The position numbers and the translations under genes were made by a program. From Candidatus Scalinduaceae bacterium (GTDB lineage: Bacteria; Planctomycetota; Brocadiia; Brocadiales; Scalinduaceae): DNA of 40,941 bases. Below are positions 11,401-20,486 of the stretch, in pieces. Within the stretch, counting starts at the first letter, position 1. The number at the start of each line of letters is the position of its first letter. A model generated the notes under the pieces. The model saw only the letters and a list, made by a program, of their open reading frames with translations, did not search any database and was not told the DNA's origin. The stretch lies in contig JBHICG010000026.1 of the NCBI GenBank assembly GCA_046759445.1, forward strand, positions 1 to 40,941, read 5' to 3'.

Positions 11401-12612
11401 TTATCCTTTTTTGAACATGCGATATACTTTGGCTAAAAAGTTAAATCCTATGGAAAGAAATTTTAGGAAAAGTGAATATTTTCTTAACTTTTGCGCAATA
11501 AGTACAGTTTTTGACTGCCGAAGTTGCTGAATTTCATACAATAATTGTTGATTATTTTCTCGAACTTTCTGAATATCCTGCAATAATTGCTGATTATCTT
11601 TTTGAATTTGCTGATTCGCCTGCTTAAGCTGCTGATTCTCTTGTTGTAGTAATTGGCTCTCATGCCTAAATTGTTTAATCCTTTCCTGCAATTCAAAAAG
11701 CTGAAAACTCTGGTCTTTGATCTTATAAAATTTTTCTTGAAGTTGATAATAATCTTTTTCTAAAGAAGAACCAGAAACTTGCTCAGCCTCCTTGGAAGTA
11801 GTTTCTGGAGTATCAGTGTGTTTTCTGGTCTCAGCGGTATCTAATACCATCATAGGGACTTCCATCACTTTGGGGTGAAAGAATCCGTGTCCACGGCCTC
11901 CAAGTCCAAAAACTTCGCCGTGATCAGCACAAATAATACAAAAAAGTTCTCTATCCTCTGATAAAAACGATAATACTTCGTCTATGTGTTGGTCCACGTA
12001 TTCTAAAGCTTTTTTTTGACCTTCGAAATTAAGAGAAAAGTCGCAGTAAGGAAAATGAGTAGAGGAAACATTTAAAAATAAGAAGGTTTTCTCTTTGTGG
12101 TTAACAGCTTTTTTTATTTTTTTTATTTGTTCTTCTAAAGACTTAGGGTTACTTTCCCTGAATAAGTCATCAAAATAAAATTCAGAAAACATATCAGTCA
12201 AGAGTTTACTTGTTGACATAGAGCTATTAAACCAGCCAACTCCACCAATGCCTATAGTCTTAAATCCATGAGACGAAAACCCCTGAATTATATTTGGAGC
12301 ATCAAAATTAATTCCGTTCCGCTTTCCCCTAACTTCAACACTTTTTGTACGTATCATAGACTGGGAATACCTGTTGTAATATCCTTCAAGCTCTCTATTT
12401 TCTGGAAATATACCGGTAACAAACATCGACATATGAGAGGGTAATGTATATGTGGCGGGAGCATATGTTTTTACAAAGTTGTCGTGCGTACCATATTTAA
12501 CAAACCACTTTTTAAAATTGGGTATATCTGCAGTTATAGAAACGTCATATCTGAGACTATCTATTGTGACAATCAAAAAATTATGTGTTTCTAAGTAATT
12601 TTGGTTAATCAT
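11401..12612 (-). CDS. Alkaline phosphatase/sulfatase-fold enzyme (STM4013-like) with C-terminal coiled coil and amphipathic helix
   Basis: Motifs VTIDSLRYD, TYTLPSH, GIGGVGWFN, THFPY, ADHGE and HGFFHPKVMEVP; about 84-aa Q-rich heptad tail ending SKTVLIAQKLRK; no signal peptide. Confidence 0.8.
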   Translation of the reverse strand: MINQNYLETHNFLIVTIDSLRYDVSITADIPNFKKWFVKYGTHDNFVKTYAPATYTLPSHMSMFVTGIFPENRELEGYYNRYSQSMIRTKSVEVRGKRNGINFDAPNIIQGFSSHGFKTIGIGGVGWFNSSMSTSKLLTDMFSEFYFDDLFRESNPKSLEEQIKKIKKAVNHKEKTFLFLNVSSTHFPYCDFSLNFEGQKKALEYVDQHIDEVLSFLSEDRELFCIICADHGEVFGLGGRGHGFFHPKVMEVPMMVLDTAETRKHTDTPETTSKEAEQVSGSSLEKDYYQLQEKFYKIKDQSFQLFELQERIKQFRHESQLLQQENQQLKQANQQIQKDNQQLLQDIQKVRENNQQLLYEIQQLRQSKTVLIAQKLRKYSLFLKFLSIGFNFLAKVYRMFKKG

Positions 12613-12620
12613 CTTTTACA

Positions 12621-13829
12621 CTAAAGGAATTTACTGATTTCTGATAGCAGTAGGGAAGTATCTGGTGGATCTAGAATCGGGATATGGTCTTCCACTATTT
12701 CAATTTTTTGAAAAGCCTGTTCTAGTTTTTCGAAAGAGGAGAATTCTATTACTCCTTTCAAATTGTAATATGAACGAGCAGCATGAGAATTCGCCACTAC
12801 AGGAACCATAGCAATTAACATATCTGGAATACGTGTTAAAGCTCCACATCCTTTCTCTTGGTAGCACAAACAGGCTTTGACACTACTTAATACCTCATCA
12901 TGTTTTTCGTTTGTTAAAGTTCCAAGAAATTCTATTCCATCACCCTGAACAATACTTTTTAAACTTTCTGTTCCAAAGCCTGCGACAAGCAATTTGTCGT
13001 ATTTTCGGGCTAAGTTATTTTTTTCCCATAGGTTAATGATCTTAATCATTCCCTCTTGTGTTGGTTTGTTAACGGCCGTTCCAATTAAGATAATACCTTT
13101 TTTTTTCTTCGAATGTTGACGATTTTTACGAATACCTAACATGCGATTCACTCTTCTGGCGGAGGGATAGTAAGGCAGAAAAACAGTTTTAATATTAAGA
13201 TTATCTAAGAGAAAAGTTTCTTCTCTTGAATTAGTTACAACTAAATTGCAGGCAGATAAAATGTTTAGTTCTTTGTTAATTAGAATTTTTTGTAACTTTT
13301 CTTTTCTCTGCCCAGGGACAAGGCTCTCTAAATTTTGAGAAAGCGCTATAATGGGGACGTTATATTTTTTGAGTTTTTTGACTAGTGGAGCAAAATAAAT
13401 AGGATCATCAACCAGTGCGAACCTTAAATTAGTAGATTTTTTAATTAATTTTGCCCATTGATGTGAGACCTGGCTATATCTGTAAATTGCAGGGCGGTAA
13501 TCATTATACCAAAAAACATATTTACCGGTTATCATAACTTCAAGCGATATTTTTAAAAAATATAATAGCTTTAAGGTAATATAAGTTTTCTGCGATTTGC
13601 ATATTATATTGTTGTGCCACTTTTCAAACTGGCTGAATCTTTTTAGAAATTTAGGTGGTTTTATGTTAAAGACATCCTCCCTTGCAGTAAGAAAATCAAA
13701 ATCTATGTTTGAAAGAACTTCAGCTATCTGATCAGTTCTATTGCAACCTCCTCCTCTATTTTCAGCATTAAGTTCAAAGCGGCTGAAATGTATATATTTT
13801 TTCTTAATTAAATCTTCTTGTAGAAACAT
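12621..13829 (-). CDS. Probable GT-B (GT4-like) glycosyltransferase
   Basis: 402 aa; QNLES, VVTNSREE, IEFLG and GALTRIPDMLIAMVPVV resemble a divergent GT4 C-terminus. Confidence 0.6.
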   Translation of the reverse strand: MFLQEDLIKKKYIHFSRFELNAENRGGGCNRTDQIAEVLSNIDFDFLTAREDVFNIKPPKFLKRFSQFEKWHNNIICKSQKTYITLKLLYFLKISLEVMITGKYVFWYNDYRPAIYRYSQVSHQWAKLIKKSTNLRFALVDDPIYFAPLVKKLKKYNVPIIALSQNLESLVPGQRKEKLQKILINKELNILSACNLVVTNSREETFLLDNLNIKTVFLPYYPSARRVNRMLGIRKNRQHSKKKKGIILIGTAVNKPTQEGMIKIINLWEKNNLARKYDKLLVAGFGTESLKSIVQGDGIEFLGTLTNEKHDEVLSSVKACLCYQEKGCGALTRIPDMLIAMVPVVANSHAARSYYNLKGVIEFSSFEKLEQAFQKIEIVEDHIPILDPPDTSLLLSEISKFL

Positions 13830-13865
13830 ATTCCTTAATTTCTAGATTTCTATAAAATGTATAGT

Positions 13866-14753
13866 TTAAAAAGTTGCAAATTGTTTTGCACAAAAAAACA
13901 TAAAATAGCAGTATATTCTTTGCCCTTTAAAATGTTTCATAACTTCTGGCAGATTCCTAAAATACAATACCTTTCCATTCATACTCTTTGGTATATTTGA
14001 ATAAATTCTTTTTTTGAAAGACTCTGGAGAATAAAATCTAGCAAAGGGTAATCTGTATTCATCATCTCTCCAAATTCTTTTAGCTTCATTATCAATTTGT
14101 ACACTTTTTTGATCACAATAAGGACTCGTTACATTAAAATAAGTATCGTCCAAATAAAGAGGTATAATTCCGTAACGTCCTTTTTCATTTAGAATTCTAT
14201 CAGCTTCTCTAACAAATTGGATATCTGATTTCCCCATAAAATGTTCGTATGCGCACTGTAATGAAAGAACAGTGGCAAATGAATCAGGTAATTTGGTGTT
14301 CGCAGCGTCAGCGCCAATGTTAGAACCATTAATTCCTTCAGGATATTCTAAATCTAACCGATATGATCTAATCCCTCGTTGGTTTAAAAATTTAACCCAT
14401 GGGCTCCCAGACCCTCCAATATCAATATATGTATCGTTGTCAGAAATTTTTGTAAACTTAAAAGCTAAATAGTGTTCTAAGCACTTTTCTATTAAGGTAT
14501 CTCCCTTATGATAAAAATCCTTAATTTCAGAAAATTTACTTAACCAATTTTCAAAGTCAGATATATTTATGTCAACTTCTTCTACGAGTATACCAACGTT
14601 TAAAAGTCGTCTTTTCAAGTCTTCATATAAATCCCTATTTCCTATAGGGTCTTTTGTATGGTCTTGGTAGGACTGTCTATCTTCTATCGAACTGTTATGA
14701 TACTCAATTAATTGAGGAATTAGTGGTAAAATATTACCTATTTCCTTTTTCAT
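13866..14753 (-). CDS. Class I SAM-dependent methyltransferase-like protein
   Basis: Motifs YIDIGGSGSPW, RLDL, LPDSFA, CAYEHF and RILNEKG. Confidence 0.7.
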   Translation of the reverse strand: MKKEIGNILPLIPQLIEYHNSSIEDRQSYQDHTKDPIGNRDLYEDLKRRLLNVGILVEEVDINISDFENWLSKFSEIKDFYHKGDTLIEKCLEHYLAFKFTKISDNDTYIDIGGSGSPWVKFLNQRGIRSYRLDLEYPEGINGSNIGADAANTKLPDSFATVLSLQCAYEHFMGKSDIQFVREADRILNEKGRYGIIPLYLDDTYFNVTSPYCDQKSVQIDNEAKRIWRDDEYRLPFARFYSPESFKKRIYSNIPKSMNGKVLYFRNLPEVMKHFKGQRIYCYFMFFCAKQFATF

Positions 14754-15685
14754 GTCTGTCTGAACTTTTCGTAAAGCCTTCCTAAATGGAAAAGATAATG
14801 GTCAATTGCAATTTCGTACAGATAGTTTTGTAAGTAAGGGTATGTCTTCCGATCTCTTTTTAATAAACCCTGTATTATGACATCACGACTAAAACTTAAA
14901 ATCATGCTTATAACCTGTTGTAATACACGTCCTCGGCTTGTTCCCGGATTATTGTCAAATACATAATATAGATATTTCCCTTTATAAAATCGTTCCCTTG
15001 CAAATCGGACAACAGACATCTTTTCAGAACGAACCAGATGGTATACATAAAGGTCCGGATGGTAATAAATGATCTCATTAGGCCAGGTTGTTCTGATGCT
15101 TTGTATTAGCTCTGATTCTTCACCATATGCAAGAGTTTTCCCTATCATTCCCATATTAGGATTAAAACCATTAAGGTTATGAAGAATTGATTTACGAAAG
15201 AAAATATTCATGCCATGAACAAATCTTTTTTTCAAAGGACGAGGATCATCCCCCCATTGAGCATCTGAGCCATAACTATCTTTAAACCAAAACGGTTTGG
15301 GTGTGTTATAGAAGGGCAAAGCAGGCCCTCCAAAAACAGCCGGATTAACATTATCGATTATATCCTTTGCTATACTTAACCAATGTTTCGGTATCTTGCA
15401 GTCATCATCGGTATAAGCTACATAACCTGCCTTTGCTGCCTGAAAGCCTCTATTACGAGCATGGCTTAGGCCCTGTTTCGTCTCCATTAAATATATGAAA
15501 TGAGAATGTTCTTTTGTAAATTTATTAACCACCTCTCTCGTATTATCTGAAGAATTGTTGTCAATGATCAAAACTTCATAAAGTTCAGATATCAGTGTTT
15601 GATCGACGAGAGTCTTCAAACACTGCTTTAGAAGATTGGCACGATTATGGGTGCAGACAATAACTGAAATTAAAGGCTTATTCAC
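14750..15685 (-). CDS. GT2 glycosyltransferase
   Basis: Motifs SVIVCTHNR, IDNNSSD, GLSHARN, YTDDD and GEE. Confidence 0.9.
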   Translation of the reverse strand: MNKPLISVIVCTHNRANLLKQCLKTLVDQTLISELYEVLIIDNNSSDNTREVVNKFTKEHSHFIYLMETKQGLSHARNRGFQAAKAGYVAYTDDDCKIPKHWLSIAKDIIDNVNPAVFGGPALPFYNTPKPFWFKDSYGSDAQWGDDPRPLKKRFVHGMNIFFRKSILHNLNGFNPNMGMIGKTLAYGEESELIQSIRTTWPNEIIYYHPDLYVYHLVRSEKMSVVRFARERFYKGKYLYYVFDNNPGTSRGRVLQQVISMILSFSRDVIIQGLLKRDRKTYPYLQNYLYEIAIDHYLFHLGRLYEKFRQT

Positions 15686-17319
15686 TTACCACCCATTATT
15701 TTGTAATTATCCAGTGTGTAAATCCCTTGACCTCCCCCCACGTAAACTTCTTTCAATGACAGATCATTCGGTTTGAAACGAGGATGTCCTTGAAATAAGA
15801 CGTGATTATGTTTTGATAGTATTTCTTCCAATTTAACAGGCAAGGAATTAGGGGCAGACTTGTATGATCCATTTGTCCATTCTGCTAATGAATAATATTT
15901 TCTGTCCCAAGTATTATAATAATAATAACGAGAAGTAGAATAAATTTTTTGGAATGTTTTTGGTAGTTTTGTTTCAGGAACTCTATTAATAAAGGCGGCA
16001 AACGCATATATAGGGCCTGATGCACCGAACCAACCAACTATAGCATATTCTTTAAAATTATTTTCGACTTTTTGTTGTATGTCCAGAGATTCATTTTTTA
16101 TCCAGGTAAGATAACGGTACTTCCCTTGCAAGTCGGATATTCTAATGAAACCAAAAACAAGTGCAGCGATCAAAAAAGAAGGCAACCAACTTGTCGTAAA
16201 TTTCCTTACTATTTTCACCTGATGGATATACTTAAATATAAGGACTAAAGTTATGCCGGATAATCCGAGAGAAGGTATTAGGTAGTGAGGATAATAATGT
16301 TTTGCTGCCATTACGATCTGTAAAATTTGCGCTATTACAAGTCCAAAGAGTAATCTAGATACTGTTTTTTCCTGGTTGCTATCTCTCTCTCTTGAGAAAA
16401 ACAAAATGCCGCCAATACAAATTGCCATCAGCAATATAATAAGAAATACTGGTTCTGAATCAATTATTCTTTTAATATTCGAATAAAATCTTGGAAAATC
16501 TATCAGCCCCTTCTCCCCATACCCATAATGTCCGGTATGTGTAAAAGTTCCGATGAACCAATTGAAAAGCCTTGGATAGTAATTGACAATCGGTAGAGTA
16601 AAGAACATAAAACTGATAAGTGTTCCTCCAAGACAGTATAACTTCCATCTGAACTTTGGCAATAAAAGTAATGGAATAATAACAAGGGGAATAAAAGTAA
16701 CTTTAGTTACTGTTCCAAAACCCGTAATAAGAGCAAATAGGAATGTATATAGTTTTAAGTGTTTTTCAATACTATATTTAAATGTCGTTATGATAATTGT
16801 CACAAATAATAAAGTAGCAAATAGAAGAAGGTGGTCAGGGCGCATTCTTGTTAACTCAAGCAAACTGGTTGTTGACAAAAATGGTGTTAGTTGAATCAAT
16901 AAACTCAAACCGATATTTCTTGTAATAAAATAAGTAAAAATGCCTAAAACTGAAAGTCCTAAGACGTTGAGGCCAACAAGAAAATTATTCATGATTCCCA
17001 AATATAGTTCTGGAATTCTGAATACATCCTCTACTAAATCATTTTCCCAATACAATAAGTTAACTGTTTTGATAATGATGGCTCCAAGAACTTGCAGTGT
17101 TGTACCAGGATGATGTATATGCCAAACTGTTTCAAATTGGGCGAGATGAAGTGAATTGACTAGATAAGCATATGAAGGATCATAGTTGATATTAAGCCAA
17201 TAGGGACCTTTAGCGTCTTTTAGATGAAAGGCGGTAAGAATTAATGATAATGGTAAGATTAATAAAAGGATATAATAACCATACTTCATTTTGATTCTTG
17301 CTGATAGGATTTTTGCCAT
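15682..17319 (-). CDS. GT-C (ArnT/PMT-like) polytopic membrane glycosyltransferase, paralog 1
   Basis: Many TM segments; YDPSYAYL in the first loop, HIHHPGTT, RPD, TKVTF and HYL. Confidence 0.7.
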   Translation of the reverse strand: MAKILSARIKMKYGYYILLLILPLSLILTAFHLKDAKGPYWLNINYDPSYAYLVNSLHLAQFETVWHIHHPGTTLQVLGAIIIKTVNLLYWENDLVEDVFRIPELYLGIMNNFLVGLNVLGLSVLGIFTYFITRNIGLSLLIQLTPFLSTTSLLELTRMRPDHLLLFATLLFVTIIITTFKYSIEKHLKLYTFLFALITGFGTVTKVTFIPLVIIPLLLLPKFRWKLYCLGGTLISFMFFTLPIVNYYPRLFNWFIGTFTHTGHYGYGEKGLIDFPRFYSNIKRIIDSEPVFLIILLMAICIGGILFFSRERDSNQEKTVSRLLFGLVIAQILQIVMAAKHYYPHYLIPSLGLSGITLVLIFKYIHQVKIVRKFTTSWLPSFLIAALVFGFIRISDLQGKYRYLTWIKNESLDIQQKVENNFKEYAIVGWFGASGPIYAFAAFINRVPETKLPKTFQKIYSTSRYYYYNTWDRKYYSLAEWTNGSYKSAPNSLPVKLEEILSKHNHVLFQGHPRFKPNDLSLKEVYVGGGQGIYTLDNYKIMGGK

Positions 17320-17329
17320 TACTGTGTCT

Positions 17330-18874
17330 TTATTTCACTTTGTAAATTACTCTACCTTCTATACGGTAAACCTCTTCTAATGGTATATTTGGTTTATATT
17401 GTGACCAAGAACCTTCAAATGCGGGACTAATAAATATAATACACTTATGGTTAGATTGTATTTTTTCAAACTTAATCACAGAAGACCAATCAAAATATCT
17501 GTGATCAAAAATCTTATAAAAATATATTTTGTCATTGGAATAAATTTTTTTGAGTTCTTTTGAATATTTCCAGGGTGGACCATAACTTGCCCATTGATTA
17601 CCAAGAAATAATGCCTGTGGAATAGATGATGAAAAGTAATTATAGATTTTGGCACATTCTTTATAATCTTTTTCCACTTTTTGGGAAATAGCAAGAGTCC
17701 TGTCTTTATTGATTTTGATATACTTGTATTTTACCTGGGCATCTGTGACTCTGAAGTAAACAAAAATAAGCAAACTAACTATTACAAAATAAGGTAAACC
17801 TCTGGCAACAAACTTTTTTCCTATATTCATTTGTTTAACTTGATTGAATATAAGTACTAAAGTAATACCTGATAATCCTAAAGCAGAGATAAGATAACGG
17901 GCTGACCCTGAAAATGCCCCCTGAGGATGTTTCATTACCATAATCAGACTAAAAATTTGAGATATTGTAACCGCTAGAAGTAGTTTAAAAGTGAAATTTT
18001 TGCGGCTATATTGTCTAAAATTAGGAACACTTATACTTATCACAAAAATGGAAATCAGTATAATAATAAGGAGAAACGGCTCTAAAAGAATTGTATCAAT
18101 AAAAGATTTTTTACCTGGTCCTAGTCCCTGTTGAACAAAACGCGTGAGAAAGTAGTTTATCATACGCGGGTATTCAGTGATAATCGGTAGAGTAAAGAGT
18201 ACAAAGCTGATTACGGCTCCAAAAAAATAGTACCCTTTCCATCTGAATTTCGGCAATATTAATATGGGAATGGCGACAAGGGGAATGAAAGTAACTTTCG
18301 TTGCTAACCCAAGACCCGTAATAAGCGCAAATAAGAATGTATACAACTTCAAATGTTCTTCGATCTTTAATTTAAAAGTTAAAATAATAATTGCTACAAA
18401 TAATAAAATAACAGGCAAAAGAAGCGGGTCAGCAGACACCCTGCACAAAAGAACCAGATACGTCTTTGAAAGGAATGGTGTTAACTGAATCAGAAAACTC
18501 AGCCAGATGTTTCTTGTAATAACATAAGCAAACAGTCCTATAGCTAAAAGCACTAAAACATTAAGCCCTACCAAGACATAATATATGGTTGCCAAATAAA
18601 GTTCTGGATTTGTAGAGACATCATGGACTAAGTCATTTTCTCCACAGAAAAAGTGAACTATTTTTATTGTTATAGCTCCAAGAATTTCTACTGTTGTACC
18701 AGGATGATGTACAAGCCAAACCCTATCAAATTGGGCCATAGTAAGTGAGTTTAGCAAATAAGCGTAGTGAGGGTCTGCAAAAAGCCAGAATGGTCTTCCA
18801 GTTGAACGAAAGCTTATGAAAAATAATAGAAATGGTAAGATTATTAATAGGATGTATAGGCCAAATTTCTTCAA
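17330..18874 (-). CDS. GT-C (ArnT/PMT-like) polytopic membrane glycosyltransferase, paralog 2
   Basis: ADPHYAYL, VHHPGTT, ATKVTF and RYL; N-terminal half clearly homologous to 15682-17319; TTG start. Confidence 0.7.
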   Translation of the reverse strand: MKKFGLYILLIILPFLLFFISFRSTGRPFWLFADPHYAYLLNSLTMAQFDRVWLVHHPGTTVEILGAITIKIVHFFCGENDLVHDVSTNPELYLATIYYVLVGLNVLVLLAIGLFAYVITRNIWLSFLIQLTPFLSKTYLVLLCRVSADPLLLPVILLFVAIIILTFKLKIEEHLKLYTFLFALITGLGLATKVTFIPLVAIPILILPKFRWKGYYFFGAVISFVLFTLPIITEYPRMINYFLTRFVQQGLGPGKKSFIDTILLEPFLLIIILISIFVISISVPNFRQYSRKNFTFKLLLAVTISQIFSLIMVMKHPQGAFSGSARYLISALGLSGITLVLIFNQVKQMNIGKKFVARGLPYFVIVSLLIFVYFRVTDAQVKYKYIKINKDRTLAISQKVEKDYKECAKIYNYFSSSIPQALFLGNQWASYGPPWKYSKELKKIYSNDKIYFYKIFDHRYFDWSSVIKFEKIQSNHKCIIFISPAFEGSWSQYKPNIPLEEVYRIEGRVIYKVK

Positions 18875-18921
18875 TTCGATTTTACTTTAATAGTTGTCTA
18901 TAGCAATTCTTTAACTATGAG

Positions 18922-19704
18922 TTATGATACTTTCCCAATCTCAACCGTTAGAAACATTCCAAGATACTTATTAAGTGGCAAAAGAATTGTTTCAAGTCCT
19001 TTTACAATACTATATGTAAATGATGGCAGCAATTGCCGCATAGTAAGGCCCCCGCTAACTAGATAAAGAAAGGGAGTGTGTGGTTTCAGTTTTAGAATTT
19101 TAAATGAAGGAAATTCTTTTTCGAACTGTTCTCTATCTCGACAAAAAATTATCCAGGGAATGGCCCCATTAGCTGAAGAAAGAGGACCTTCTCCTTCTTT
19201 TATGCCCCACTCTCCTGAAGGATCAAATGGTTCATGATGAAAATGTTTATAAATAAATCGTCCCCACAAGGTATTGGCGGGTTCAACCATAACTATCTTG
19301 CCACTCACTTTGAGGCATCTGTTGGCTTCTTTGAAAAATGCTCTTGTATTATTTATATGATGTAAAACATCCACCATAAAAAACGCATCTACCGTATTGT
19401 TTTCAAAGGGCATATCCTGCGCTAAGAAACGTTTATCCACTGTAGGGATATTAATAACATCAGAAGTCATAACATTTGGGATGATATCTTTAATAAAGCC
19501 TCCCCCACTCCCTAATTCAACTAGAAATTTGGATTCAATATTATCAGATATTGACATCTTGAACTGATTATAAAAATCAATATATAACTTTCTTAGGAAG
19601 AGTTTTTGCTGAATAATTTTCGTACGTAATAAGGTTGTAGAAGGTTTATCCAGATCATCAATATTTCCTGCTTCCCGTAATCGCAACCACTCAACAATCT
19701 TCAT
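18922..19704 (-). CDS. Class I SAM-dependent methyltransferase
   Basis: Motifs VELGSGGG, MPFENNTVD, DVLHHI and VEP. Confidence 0.85.
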   Translation of the reverse strand: MKIVEWLRLREAGNIDDLDKPSTTLLRTKIIQQKLFLRKLYIDFYNQFKMSISDNIESKFLVELGSGGGFIKDIIPNVMTSDVINIPTVDKRFLAQDMPFENNTVDAFFMVDVLHHINNTRAFFKEANRCLKVSGKIVMVEPANTLWGRFIYKHFHHEPFDPSGEWGIKEGEGPLSSANGAIPWIIFCRDREQFEKEFPSFKILKLKPHTPFLYLVSGGLTMRQLLPSFTYSIVKGLETILLPLNKYLGMFLTVEIGKVS

Positions 19705-19747
19705 AATCTATTTTCGTGTTAAAGACATATATATCATTATTCAAGTA

Positions 19748-20476
19748 TTAATTTCTCTCTGCCTTGATAAATAAGGATCCTGCAATCTCTGAGATAACAG
19801 GAGTATGTTCAGCTATATCACCAATTAATTTAATTGTTGGGATTAGTATTTTCGGTGTTTGAGGATGGAGAAAATCAAAGGGGGAAATATGGATATTTTC
19901 AAAACCATATTTCCTCAATTTTCCTTTTAAACTCCAACGAAAAAAAGCTGTTTCATCAGGTGAATTGCCCATTCGTCTTCTTACTATGGGAATTATTTTC
20001 TCAATAGCAATATGAGGGTTCAACATGTTAGGTTCAGTAAAGAAAATTGTGCCATCTGGCTTCAATACTCGATATAATTCACGCAAAGCATCTTCTAATT
20101 TGAGATGGTGAAGAACCGAACTTCCTATGACTGTATCAAATGTGTTATCATCAAAGCTGAGTTTGTATGCATTTTCTATTTTAAAAGTGACGTTCTCGGC
20201 CGTAATCTCTTTTTGTGCCGTTTCTAATAAATCCGGCGAAATGTCAATAGCCACAATTTCAGCCTTTGTTTTAACAATTTCATTAGTGAAATAGCCTGTG
20301 CCACAGCCTATTTCGAGTACTTTCATATCTGGCTTAATGTGAGATGTGAGCATTTTTACGCGCCTTGCCCATCTTTCTTTTCCTGCAGGTGTTTCCCAGT
20401 TCCATACTTCACCAGCGCCATGTTCCTTCAAATATTTACCGTGTGCTATTTCATTTTGGAGTTGTTGATCTATCAT
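19748..20476 (-). CDS. Class I SAM-dependent methyltransferase
   Basis: Motifs VLEIGCGTG, AIDIS, FDDNTFD, VLHH and RVLKPDG. Confidence 0.9.
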   Translation of the reverse strand: MIDQQLQNEIAHGKYLKEHGAGEVWNWETPAGKERWARRVKMLTSHIKPDMKVLEIGCGTGYFTNEIVKTKAEIVAIDISPDLLETAQKEITAENVTFKIENAYKLSFDDNTFDTVIGSSVLHHLKLEDALRELYRVLKPDGTIFFTEPNMLNPHIAIEKIIPIVRRRMGNSPDETAFFRWSLKGKLRKYGFENIHISPFDFLHPQTPKILIPTIKLIGDIAEHTPVISEIAGSLFIKAERN

Positions 20477-20486
20477 TTTTTAGCCT

